A stretch of DNA of 64,000 nucleotides, taken from Fidelibacterota bacterium. Lineage in GTDB: Bacteria; Fidelibacterota; UBA2242; JAFGTP01. Shown here one piece after another: positions 9,359-18,608 of the stretch. The translations under genes were made by a program, and so were the position numbers. Each line of letters begins with the position of its first letter. The stretch's first letter is position 1. The notes beneath the pieces were generated by a model. It was not told the origin of the DNA and did no database searches. It saw only the letters and a program-made list of their open reading frames with translations. Where the stretch lies: NCBI GenBank assembly GCA_016934035.1, contig JAFGTP010000009.1:1459-65458 (forward strand), in the 5' to 3' direction.

Positions 9359-10303
9359 GTGTCGAGAAAAGAAAAAATATTGAATTGTTTCAATGCTCGG
9401 GATGAACTTTCCATCGACAATGCCAGGTACCAGGATTTTACCCGTCGCCTGTTTAATTTCCTACTGGAGGAGGATCTGGGAAAAGGAGATGTTTCCCAGT
9501 ATCCGCCAGCGGCCTTTGGAAAAAAAATAGAATGTGCCATTATTGTCAAGGAAGAGGGCGTTGTTGCCGGACTGGAGGAAATCATTTTTCTGTTGGGGCA
9601 ATACCGGGTAAAGGTACTGACAGATTTTTTGGATGGAGATATAATTAAAATCGGCGATGTCCTTTTAAAATTGCAGGGAGAAGCTGGAAAAATATTGGCT
9701 CTTGAACGGACAGTTTTGAATATTCTGCAGCGCTTCTGCGGCATTGCGACCATGACCGCCAGATATCAGTCCCGGATTGGCCGCCAGGATTGTTTTATCA
9801 TCGGTACCAGAAAAACATTGTTTGGGTTCTGGGACAAAAAGGCCGTTCAAAGCGGTGGCGGCCTCACACATCGATTAAATCTGGAGGATGCGGTGATGCT
9901 CAAAGAGAATCATCTCGACCTTTTGAAAAAAAATGGCGTCAGTATTTTTGAAACACTGGAAAATATAATCCGGAAAAATAAAGGGTTGCGGTTTATTGAA
10001 ATCGAAGTGACCTATGAACAGGAATTTTGGGAAATGGCCCGAAATCTGGAAAAGGTGAAGTTTGACGTTCCCAAAGTGCTTATGTTTGATCATTTCACTG
10101 TTCATCAAATTCGAAACCTGATTGAAGAAATGCAGAAAAGAGGCATTTATGATGATTTGCTGCTGGAAGCCTCCGGAGATATTACACTGGAAACGGTCAG
10201 CAGCTATGCTGAAGCAGGTATTGATGTGATTTCTTCGGGCGCCTTGACTCACTCGGTCAAAGGCCTGGACCTGACTTTACTTTTTAACTATCAGAATAAA
10301 TAA
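9359..10303 (+). CDS. nadC: Nicotinate-nucleotide pyrophosphorylase (carboxylating), divergent
   Basis: LEEDLGKGD, ERTVLNILQR, TRKT, GGGLTHR, LKENH, EASG, ISSGALTHS. Confidence 0.85.
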   Translation: MSRKEKILNCFNARDELSIDNARYQDFTRRLFNFLLEEDLGKGDVSQYPPAAFGKKIECAIIVKEEGVVAGLEEIIFLLGQYRVKVLTDFLDGDIIKIGDVLLKLQGEAGKILALERTVLNILQRFCGIATMTARYQSRIGRQDCFIIGTRKTLFGFWDKKAVQSGGGLTHRLNLEDAVMLKENHLDLLKKNGVSIFETLENIIRKNKGLRFIEIEVTYEQEFWEMARNLEKVKFDVPKVLMFDHFTVHQIRNLIEEMQKRGIYDDLLLEASGDITLETVSSYAEAGIDVISSGALTHSVKGLDLTLLFNYQNK

Positions 10304-10305
10304 AT

Positions 10306-12474
10306 ATGAAACCGATTTATTTGGACCATAATGCAAGTACACCGTTGGACCCGGAAGTCATTACCAGGATGAGACAGGTACTGGAAAATAATTTTGGGAA
10401 TCCTTCCAGCGCCCATGTGTACGGCTTAGAAAGTAAAAAACTGGTCGAAGAAGCACGGGACCAGGTGGCCCTGTTGATCAACTGCGAGCCGGAAGAAATA
10501 GTCTTTACCAGCGGCGGCAGTGAATCCAACAACATGGCGATTACTGGTATTGCTGACAGCTTTCCCGGCTGCCATCTGATAACAACTGCCATCGAGCATC
10601 CATCAGTGGAAAAGGTTTTTAACAGGCTTTCTGAAAAGAATTACCGGGTGACCATTGTACCGGTTGACCATCATGGAATCGTCAATATTACCGATATTGA
10701 AAAAAATATCCATGAGAATACCCGCCTCATTTCCGTGATGCTGGCCAATAATGAAACCGGAGTAATCCAGCCGGTTCAGAAGATAGTGGAGATTGCTCAT
10801 CGTCATAATATCTTAGTGCATACCGATGCTGCCCAGGCTGTCGGAAAGATAAAAGTCGATGTCCGGGAACTGAGTGTGGACCTGATGACCATCGCTGCTC
10901 ATAAGATGAATGGCCCCAAAGGGATTGGCGCCCTCTATATTCGTAAAGGAGTAAAAATCCCGCCCATGATTCTGGGAGCAGACCACGAAAGCGGATTGCG
11001 GGCCGGCACGGAAAATGTCCTGGAAATCGTTGGTTTAGGTGTCGCCGCTCAAATTTTTCATTATAATTCGGAAAACATCATCCTAAAACAAAAAGAACTC
11101 AGAGATGCTTTTGTCCAGTTGCTAAAATCGACAATTCCATCGATTCAGATCAACGGTGATGTCAAAAATAAACTTCCCAATACAGCGAATATTTATTTTC
11201 CCGGCTTGAATGCCAACACAATTCTGGCTAAAATACCGGAAATTGCCGCTTCGGCCGGGGCTGCCTGTCATGCCACCTCAATCCTGCCGTCCAGTGTGCT
11301 GAAAGCAATGGGGTGCTCTGATGAGCGGGCCCTGGGTTCCATTCGTTTTTCCCTGGGACGAAGGACCGACCATGAAGAAATCAAATTTGCAGTTGAGCGG
11401 TTAGCCGAAGTTTGTCAAGAACTTCGCCCCAAAACTAATGACATGGATAAGGGTAAAATATCATTGCGTGAAGCTGCTCTGGGCTGTTCCTGCAAACTGA
11501 GCCCTGAAGGACTGAACAATATTCTTCGAAAAATAGCCAAATCCAATCTTGAACCTACGATGACAATCGGGTTTGAAAATTCGGATGATGCTTCGGTTTA
11601 TTATCTCGATGATCAGCAGGCGATTTTAAATACTGTGGATTTTTTTTCTCCCATTGTAGAGGACCCTTTTGATTTCGGACGCATAGCCGCCGCCAATGCA
11701 CTCAGTGATATTTATGCAATGGGGGGCACGCCGCTTTTTGCCAATAATATCGTGCAGTATCCCGAAGCAAACCTGCCGGCTGATTTACTGGTTGAAATCC
11801 TCAATGGAGCCCAGTCGGTTGCAGAGGAAGCGCGCATACCCATATTGGGGGGGCATTCCGTCAAAGATGACAACATCAAATATGGCCTGTCGGTCACCGG
11901 AATTGTCAAGCGGGAACAGATATGGCAAAATTCCGGGGCCCGGGCTGGTGACAAACTGGTAATCACCAAACCCATTGGAACGGGAATTCTTTGTGAAGCC
12001 CTGAAAAACAATCTTTTAGAGGATAAAGAAAAGGCAAACCTGATTGATGTCATGGCCCGGCTCAATCAAGAAGCTGCTGAAATCATGAAAAAATACCCCA
12101 TTACTTCCTGTACTGATGTGACGGGATTCGGTTTGATGGGGCATTTGTCAGAAATGATGGAAGCCAGTGCATTGACAGCGATTGTCCGCTATGATCATGT
12201 ACCGGTGTTGGGTGAAGCGAAAAAAATAGCCAGACTAGGCATGATCGGTGAAGGCTATCGGGGGAACCTGGAATTTTTTGAAAAATATGTTGACTGGTCC
12301 GATAAAGTCGATAATATTTATAAAAAATTATTTTTTGATCCCCAGACCTCCGGCGGGTTATTGTTTACAATAGACGAAAAACACGACCAGGGCCTATGTC
12401 AAACCCATCCCGGCCTGTTCACAATTTTGGGAGAGATAACTGAAAGAAAAAATAAATTGATTGTTGTTGTATGA
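10306..12474 (+). CDS. selD: Cysteine desulfurase (NifS/IscS-like) fused to selenide,water dikinase SelD
   Basis: N-terminal about 375 aa: YLDHNASTP, GNPSS, FTSGGSESNN, AAHKMNGPKG, SAGAACH. C-terminal: LGCSCK, DDASVY, TVDFFSP, AAANALSDIYAMGG, TDVTGFGLMGH, DPQTSGGLL. One uninterrupted frame. Confidence 0.93.
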   Translation: MKPIYLDHNASTPLDPEVITRMRQVLENNFGNPSSAHVYGLESKKLVEEARDQVALLINCEPEEIVFTSGGSESNNMAITGIADSFPGCHLITTAIEHPSVEKVFNRLSEKNYRVTIVPVDHHGIVNITDIEKNIHENTRLISVMLANNETGVIQPVQKIVEIAHRHNILVHTDAAQAVGKIKVDVRELSVDLMTIAAHKMNGPKGIGALYIRKGVKIPPMILGADHESGLRAGTENVLEIVGLGVAAQIFHYNSENIILKQKELRDAFVQLLKSTIPSIQINGDVKNKLPNTANIYFPGLNANTILAKIPEIAASAGAACHATSILPSSVLKAMGCSDERALGSIRFSLGRRTDHEEIKFAVERLAEVCQELRPKTNDMDKGKISLREAALGCSCKLSPEGLNNILRKIAKSNLEPTMTIGFENSDDASVYYLDDQQAILNTVDFFSPIVEDPFDFGRIAAANALSDIYAMGGTPLFANNIVQYPEANLPADLLVEILNGAQSVAEEARIPILGGHSVKDDNIKYGLSVTGIVKREQIWQNSGARAGDKLVITKPIGTGILCEALKNNLLEDKEKANLIDVMARLNQEAAEIMKKYPITSCTDVTGFGLMGHLSEMMEASALTAIVRYDHVPVLGEAKKIARLGMIGEGYRGNLEFFEKYVDWSDKVDNIYKKLFFDPQTSGGLLFTIDEKHDQGLCQTHPGLFTILGEITERKNKLIVVV

Positions 12475-13382
12475 TCAAACTGTTGCGGGAATATAAAAAA
12501 ATCGCTAAAAAAATCACCAAAAGTGATATTCAGGCAGGTTGTGATGATGAAGAAATCACTCTTGAAAGCTTGTTGAATTTTGGACGTATTCAATCCAAAT
12601 CAAAACTCTTTTTGGGGATTTTCAGTAATGCCGGCTTGAAATATATGCTCAATCAGTTTCATCTGATTGAAGAACTGGAAAATTTAGGGCTGACCAATAT
12701 TACCTCAGAAATTGAAACCAGTGATTCCCACACCCACAAATTGTACATCTACAGTGGCGAACCCAATCCTTCCAATGTAATCTGCGAACTGGTTGCCAAA
12801 AAAGGGCCGCTCCATTTTGAAAAAGGCCTTTTGAAAAATTATCCCAAAGTCCAGATGAATTTTCTCCAGATAGAATGGCTCCTGCTTCAAAATCCCAAAA
12901 AGCGGTTTGCCGATGACCGGCCCCGGCTTCCCGGTCAATCCTATCCGGGATTGGGATTGGGGAAAAACCTTATGGTCCTGATTATGATTCTGGCCCAAAA
13001 TGCAGGGCTTGACGGAATTATTAATAAGCCCCATTTTTTTCATACGGCCTTCATGTTTACAAAAAAATTTGTTTTTGTAGACCCCTACAAGCAGGCTGAA
13101 ATTGAAATGCTGTCCAAGGATTTGCTGAAAAAATATTCTTTTTATCATCTTTCCTGGGCCTCCTTTTTTGAATGTATAGTCAATGAAAAAACAGGATCGG
13201 TTTTTCATTGGGAACCCGATTTTTTGATATTCCCCATGACAAAAAGACTATTGAAGTATTTTGATTCCAAAGAATACAAAAAACAGGTGATGATGTATAA
13301 AAATGATTTTAAGTATCGGCTGGATGAGGATAAATATAAACAGATGATCGAGGAGCACAACCTGGTGCGCAAACTTGAATGA
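12471..13382 (+). CDS. Hypothetical protein, possible GNAT-like fold
   Basis: 303-aa ORF overlapping both neighbours by ATGA. IEWLLLQNP...RPRLPGQSYPGLGLG resembles an acetyl-CoA-binding loop. Confidence 0.55.
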   Translation: MIKLLREYKKIAKKITKSDIQAGCDDEEITLESLLNFGRIQSKSKLFLGIFSNAGLKYMLNQFHLIEELENLGLTNITSEIETSDSHTHKLYIYSGEPNPSNVICELVAKKGPLHFEKGLLKNYPKVQMNFLQIEWLLLQNPKKRFADDRPRLPGQSYPGLGLGKNLMVLIMILAQNAGLDGIINKPHFFHTAFMFTKKFVFVDPYKQAEIEMLSKDLLKKYSFYHLSWASFFECIVNEKTGSVFHWEPDFLIFPMTKRLLKYFDSKEYKKQVMMYKNDFKYRLDEDKYKQMIEEHNLVRKLE

Positions 13383-14035
13383 AACCGTCGACAATGATGA
13401 TTCAGTTTGAAAATGAGAAATATGCGATGGTGGTGGCTAATGGCGATCAACTCTCTTTTAATCTATTAAAAAAAATGGCCCAAAAATCCGATTTCCTTCT
13501 GGCGGCCGATGGCGGAGCGAACCATCTTTTCCAGATGAAAATCCGGCCTCATGCAATCCTGGGAGATCTTGATTCCTTACATATAAATTTTTTTCAGGGG
13601 GATGTGAAGGTCATACCCCGCCTTTCCCAGGAAGTCAATGACCTGGAAAAATCAATTCTGTTTTTACGGAGTTCCGGATATCAGAATATCCTTTTGACCG
13701 GTGTTCACGGACAGCGGGATGACCATTTTTTTGCGGCCCTGCAATTGGTCAAAAAATACCTGCGAAAAGTTCGAATTTCCATTTTGACAGATTATTCTGA
13801 AATTTTTGCATTAGGCCCTGGAAACCACCGAATTTTTGCAGATAAGGACAAGTTATTTTCTGTATTCGGATTTCCCAGAGGATACGAAATTCGAACAGAA
13901 AATTTAAAATATCCCCTGAAGGGAGAAAATTTGTTTGAAAGTTCAAGAGGAATAAGTAATGTATCCTTAGCAAATCAGGTCACCATTCAAATCAGCAAAG
14001 GATGCCTTTTGATTTTTAGAAACACCGTTCGATGA
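13379..14035 (+). CDS. thiN: Thiamine diphosphokinase
   Basis: LAADGGANHL, ILGDLDSL, QEVNDLEK, GQRDDH, NLKYPL, GISN. Confidence 0.9.
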   Translation: MKPSTMMIQFENEKYAMVVANGDQLSFNLLKKMAQKSDFLLAADGGANHLFQMKIRPHAILGDLDSLHINFFQGDVKVIPRLSQEVNDLEKSILFLRSSGYQNILLTGVHGQRDDHFFAALQLVKKYLRKVRISILTDYSEIFALGPGNHRIFADKDKLFSVFGFPRGYEIRTENLKYPLKGENLFESSRGISNVSLANQVTIQISKGCLLIFRNTVR

Positions 14036-15426
14036 ATAGACTAAATTTACATATAATAGATTATGTATTGATTGCAATTTACTTTGTAGTGACCCTGCTG
14101 TTGGGCTTTCATTATTCCAGAAAAAAAATAAAAACCGATGTCGATAATTACCTTTTGGCAGGAAGAAAAATATCGCTGCCGGCTTTTACGGCCACCCTGG
14201 TCTCAACCTGGTATGGCGGCATTCTCGGTATTGGTGAATTTACCTGGTTGTATGGCATATTGAATTGGGTCACCCAGGCCTTGCCCTATTACCTGTTTGC
14301 AGTTGTGTTTGCTTTATATTTTGCACCGAGGATTCAGCGCAGCAAGCAATATACAATTCCCGATCTTCTCTACCGAAATTTTGGAACCAAAACCGGGCTC
14401 ATGGGCAGTTTGCTCATATTTGTCCTGGTCACACCTGCTCCTTATCTCTTAATGATGATGTTTTTTTTGAGCAATGTCATGGGAATTCCATTGATATACG
14501 GGTATGTGATTGCAATTATTTTTTCGGTTCTCTATGTGTATTTTGGCGGGTTTCAATCCGTGGTCAAAACAGATATTCTACAGTTTGTGCTAATGTTCGT
14601 GGGTTTTTTTATCCTTATTATCATGCTGATCAGCAATTATGGCGGTTTTGAATTGCTGCGGCATAAACTGCCGACAAACCATTTGACCTTTACCGGGGGA
14701 ATGGGTTTTCAATATGTTCTGGTCTGGTTTTTTATTGCTTTGTGGACTTTTGTGGATCCCGGGTTTTATCAGAGATGCTATGCAGCTGAATCGCCCCAGG
14801 TTGCCAAAAATGGAATCTTAGTCGCTGTGGGTTTTTGGATTTTGTTTGATTTAATGACCACTACTTCCGGGCTCTATGCCAGAGTCCTGCTTTCTGATGT
14901 CAATCCTGTAATGGTTTTTCCGAAATTGGGTGAAATGGTATTGCCGCCCTTTTACCTGGGACTCTTTGTGATTGCACTGTTGGCCACTGTCATGTCCACA
15001 CTGGATTCCACCGCTTTCCTGTCAGCCGTCACCTTTGGCCGTGATTTTTTATGGCGGATTCGCCGAAAAAGCAATCTCACCAAATACACAAAAATTGGTC
15101 TTATTCTGAGTATTCTTATAGCTACTTTATTGATTATTGTTCTTCCTTCGGTTGTGAAGATATGGTATACGCTGGGAAGTGTCATTATTCCTGCCTTAAT
15201 CTTTCCGGTAATCATCACATTTTTTCGTTCACGTAAGTATTTGAATGATAATATTGTTTTTTCTGCTATTTTTTTTACTTTTCTAGCGACGATTACCTGG
15301 TTTATAATTGGTGTTTCAAAGGGCTCAATAAGCACGCCGGTTTATTTATATAACCTTCAACCTTTTTACGTTGGATTGGGCGTCAATGGTATCATTATGC
15401 TGGGAGGTCTATTCGTAAACAGGTAA
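14032..15426 (+). CDS. Sodium:solute symporter family transporter (possible thiamine uptake)
   Basis: About 13 hydrophobic segments; YLLAGR, TLVSTWYGG, YTIPD, VKTDILQF, QRCYAA, ATVMSTLDS. Confidence 0.88.
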   Translation: MNRLNLHIIDYVLIAIYFVVTLLLGFHYSRKKIKTDVDNYLLAGRKISLPAFTATLVSTWYGGILGIGEFTWLYGILNWVTQALPYYLFAVVFALYFAPRIQRSKQYTIPDLLYRNFGTKTGLMGSLLIFVLVTPAPYLLMMMFFLSNVMGIPLIYGYVIAIIFSVLYVYFGGFQSVVKTDILQFVLMFVGFFILIIMLISNYGGFELLRHKLPTNHLTFTGGMGFQYVLVWFFIALWTFVDPGFYQRCYAAESPQVAKNGILVAVGFWILFDLMTTTSGLYARVLLSDVNPVMVFPKLGEMVLPPFYLGLFVIALLATVMSTLDSTAFLSAVTFGRDFLWRIRRKSNLTKYTKIGLILSILIATLLIIVLPSVVKIWYTLGSVIIPALIFPVIITFFRSRKYLNDNIVFSAIFFTFLATITWFIIGVSKGSISTPVYLYNLQPFYVGLGVNGIIMLGGLFVNR

Positions 15427-15623
15427 CCGGAAGAAAAAAAAATTATCCGGAAAAACATATTTATTGTTTTAAAACCAAATTATAAATAAGTTTCTGATTG
15501 ATAAAATAGTGGAATAAAAGAGAGTTAAAATATTGAGATTAATGGATTTATTGAAAAAATTTTTTTTGGACCGCTTGAAAAATACATTGAATTATTTTTG
15601 TTTAAAATAGAAAAAATAAATCG

Positions 15624-15655
15624 TAAAAATTGCACCTCGACGGGTGCAATTTTTA
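15624..15655. terminator. Perfect 13-bp inverted repeat just upstream of the zinc-ribbon gene
   Basis: TAAAAATTGCACC-TCGACG-GGTGCAATTTTTA. Confidence 0.45.
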
Positions 15656-15680
15656 TTTGATCTTTTAATTGGAGGACTGG

Positions 15681-16481
15681 ATGATACACGAACTTAGCAA
15701 GTTGGTTAAGTTGCAAAAGGTTGATAATCAACTTTTTGAAATCAAAAAAATCAAAGGAGATTTACCTCAAATTGTCAGCGGGTTACAGGAAGAAATTGAT
15801 ATTTTGCAAGTGCGTCTGAAAAAATGTGCCGACAGGTTACAAGAGATTAAAGTTGAAATCGATGAAGCAAACCTGGATATCAATGATAAAAAAGGGCACC
15901 AAAAAAAATATGAGGACCAACTTTACCTGGTAACCTCAAATAAAGAATATGATGCCCTGACAGTGGAAATCGATACTGTGAAACACAAAATTAATGAACA
16001 GGAATATCGAAAACTGGAACTGGAGCGGGAAAAGAAGGACTTGTTGGAAAAGGAAAAAGGTTACAAACTCGATTTTGAAGAAAAAGATAAGGTCCTGACT
16101 GAACACAAAGAAGAACTGGAAAAAAGAGAAAAGGAAACCCTTGAGGCTGCAACAAAATTTAATAAAGAACGTGATGCCATTGTTGCAGGAATATCCCAAA
16201 GATTTTTAAATGAGTACGAAAGAATAGCCAAAGCAAGAGATGGCAAAGCCATTGTTCCTGTCAATCAGTTGTTCACAGAAAAAGTTGATAAAAAAGGGAA
16301 TATCGAATATATACCCGGAGCATCATCTTGTGGCGGATGCCATAAAAGTGTTCCAGCACAGAAATTAATGGAAATTAAAAGAGAAACCAGACTGATCAGA
16401 TGTGAATTTTGTGGCCGATTGTTGTACTGGGATGAAAATACCAGCGAAATTTTACCTAATGACGAAGAAGTAATAATCTGA
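15681..16481 (+). CDS. Coiled-coil protein with C4-type zinc ribbon (DUF164/CT398-like)
   Basis: Long heptad region, then CGGCH...RCEFCGRLLY. SD GGAGGA before ATG 15681. Confidence 0.88.
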   Translation: MIHELSKLVKLQKVDNQLFEIKKIKGDLPQIVSGLQEEIDILQVRLKKCADRLQEIKVEIDEANLDINDKKGHQKKYEDQLYLVTSNKEYDALTVEIDTVKHKINEQEYRKLELEREKKDLLEKEKGYKLDFEEKDKVLTEHKEELEKREKETLEAATKFNKERDAIVAGISQRFLNEYERIAKARDGKAIVPVNQLFTEKVDKKGNIEYIPGASSCGGCHKSVPAQKLMEIKRETRLIRCEFCGRLLYWDENTSEILPNDEEVII

Positions 16482-16855
16482 AGCCGATCAAACAGCCGCC
16501 CCGATAATTCGGGGAGGAAAGTCCGGACTCCACAGGGCAGGGTGCTCCGTAACGCGGAGTCTTTGAAAAAAGAGGAAAGTGCCACAGAAACGATACCGTC
16601 CCGGTCTATGATCGGGATAAGGGTGAAAAGGTGCGTCCTGCAATCAAGCGGGATTAAAGTAAGAGCGCACCGTCCCGACTGTGAAGTCGGGAGTTGGGTA
16701 AACCCCACCCGGAGCAAGATCAAGCAGAGTAATGGATGGCCCGTTTTTTTACTCGGGTAGATCGCTTAACTTGCACCGAAAGGTGTATTGTAGACAAATG
16801 GCTGTTGAACCGGTATTTTTACCTGGTGAACAGAATCCGGCTTATCGATCGGCTT
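16480..16855 (+). ncRNA. rnpB: RNase P RNA, bacterial type A
   Basis: GAGGAAAGTCCGGACTCC, GAAAGTGCCACAGAAA, AGGGTGAAA, GTAAACCCC..CCGGAGCAAG, ACAGAATCCGGCTTAT; termini GAAGCCGATC/GATCGGCTTC pair. Confidence 0.97.
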
Positions 16856-16873
16856 CCTTAATTAGAAAACAAT

Positions 16874-18571
16874 ATGAATTATAAATGGAACATTAAAGAA
16901 ACAGATAGTAAAAAAGTTGAAGAGATATCCCGAAAATATAACCTATCCCGATTAATCAGTAAAATCCTGGTCAATAAAGGCGTTGAAGATATCGAGCAAT
17001 TTCTCAATCCGACACTCGATAAACTTCATGATCCCTTTTTGATGAAGGATATGGATAGGGCAGTTGACAGAATTCAAACTGCCATCGAAAAGAAGGAAAA
17101 AATTCTGGTTTTCGGTGATTATGATGTGGATGGGACAACTTCAACAGCTTTACTGATCCTGGTTTTGCAGGAAATGGGATTGAACCCCGATTTCTATATT
17201 CCCAACCGGGAAAATGAAGGCTATGGGCTATCTGTTACCGGTATCAATCTCGCCATCGAAAAAAAAACAAAACTTATCCTCACCTGCGATTGCGGTATCA
17301 ACGCCCTGGACGAGGTGGAATATGCCCGGGCAAACGGTATTGATGTCGTCATTACAGACCATCATGAACCCATGGAAGTCTTACCCAATGCTTTGGCTAT
17401 TGTGGACCCAAAGAGAAAAGATTGCCCTTATCCTTTCAAGGAACTTTGCGGTGCCGGCGTAGCGTTTAAGGTGTTGCAGGCATTGATCACCCGTTTTTCC
17501 TGGTTTCATGTTGAAAAACTCTATAAGCACCTTGACCTGGTCGCAATCGGTACAGCTGCAGATATTGTCCCACTCATCAATGAAAACAGAATTCTCACTT
17601 CCGAAGGGTTAAAAAGAATGGCCACTACTCGAAAACTGGGTATCCAGTCATTGTTAAAAGTGTCCAACTTTTCCGAAAACCAAATTATACGTGTCTCAAA
17701 TATTGTTTTTGGTGCAGCTCCCAGAATCAATGCAGCAGGCCGTCTTGATGAAGCTTCCCAGGCTGTAAAACTTTTGATCAGCGAAAGCCCCAATGAGGCC
17801 GGCATGATCGCCCAAAACCTCGATAAAATCAATCTTGAGAGAAGAAATATAGAACGTAAAACCGTTGATGCAGCCATCATGGAATTAAAATATTCCCACG
17901 ATCTTGAAAAGGACAAGATTATCATCCTTCATAAACGTGGCTGGCACCAGGGTGTCATTGGAATTGTCGCTTCTAAATTAAAGGAAACCTACAATCGGCC
18001 TGTCATTATGATTTCTATTGATAATGGCATCGGTCGCGGCTCTGGCCGCAGCATCCAGGATTTTGACCTCCACAATGCTCTGCAGGAATGTTCAGAATAT
18101 CTGGAAAATTATGGTGGTCATATTATGGCGGCCGGATTGACAATCAAAGAAGAAAATATTGGGCCTTTCATTCAAAAAATGAAAGAAGTTGCCAATAGAA
18201 AAATCACTGATGAAATGTTGCTTCCTGTTCTCGATATTGATTCCGAAATTACTTTTTTGGACATCAATCATGAAAATATTCACTATTTGAATAAAATGGC
18301 CCCCTTTGGTCCGGCGAATATGCGTCCCAAACTAGTGGCCAGAAACGTGACAATCTCTGGCATTCCAAAAATCATTGGAGAAAAACATCTGAAATTTCGT
18401 GTTTGTCAGAATAAAATAGTGATTAGTGCGATTGGCTGGAAATTAGGTGAATTTTATGAGATGCTGATCAGTAATCGCCCCCTTGATATTGCGTTTGTCA
18501 TCGAGGAAAATGAGTATCGAGGCCTTCGGGAAATACAGTTAAATATTAAAGATATTAAATATTCCAATTAA
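16874..18571 (+). CDS. recJ: Single-stranded-DNA exonuclease RecJ
   Basis: VFGDYDVDG, PNRENEGYG, ITDHH, APRINAAGRL, RGSGRS, GGHIMAAG. Confidence 0.96.
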   Translation: MNYKWNIKETDSKKVEEISRKYNLSRLISKILVNKGVEDIEQFLNPTLDKLHDPFLMKDMDRAVDRIQTAIEKKEKILVFGDYDVDGTTSTALLILVLQEMGLNPDFYIPNRENEGYGLSVTGINLAIEKKTKLILTCDCGINALDEVEYARANGIDVVITDHHEPMEVLPNALAIVDPKRKDCPYPFKELCGAGVAFKVLQALITRFSWFHVEKLYKHLDLVAIGTAADIVPLINENRILTSEGLKRMATTRKLGIQSLLKVSNFSENQIIRVSNIVFGAAPRINAAGRLDEASQAVKLLISESPNEAGMIAQNLDKINLERRNIERKTVDAAIMELKYSHDLEKDKIIILHKRGWHQGVIGIVASKLKETYNRPVIMISIDNGIGRGSGRSIQDFDLHNALQECSEYLENYGGHIMAAGLTIKEENIGPFIQKMKEVANRKITDEMLLPVLDIDSEITFLDINHENIHYLNKMAPFGPANMRPKLVARNVTISGIPKIIGEKHLKFRVCQNKIVISAIGWKLGEFYEMLISNRPLDIAFVIEENEYRGLREIQLNIKDIKYSN

Positions 18572-18608
18572 GATTTTTCTTATTTATATTGTACAAAACT
18601 GAGTCCTT

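Noticed and set aside
11482-11496. Selenocysteine in SelD
   Set aside because: The active-site codon is TGT (Cys); no in-frame TGA in the ORF.
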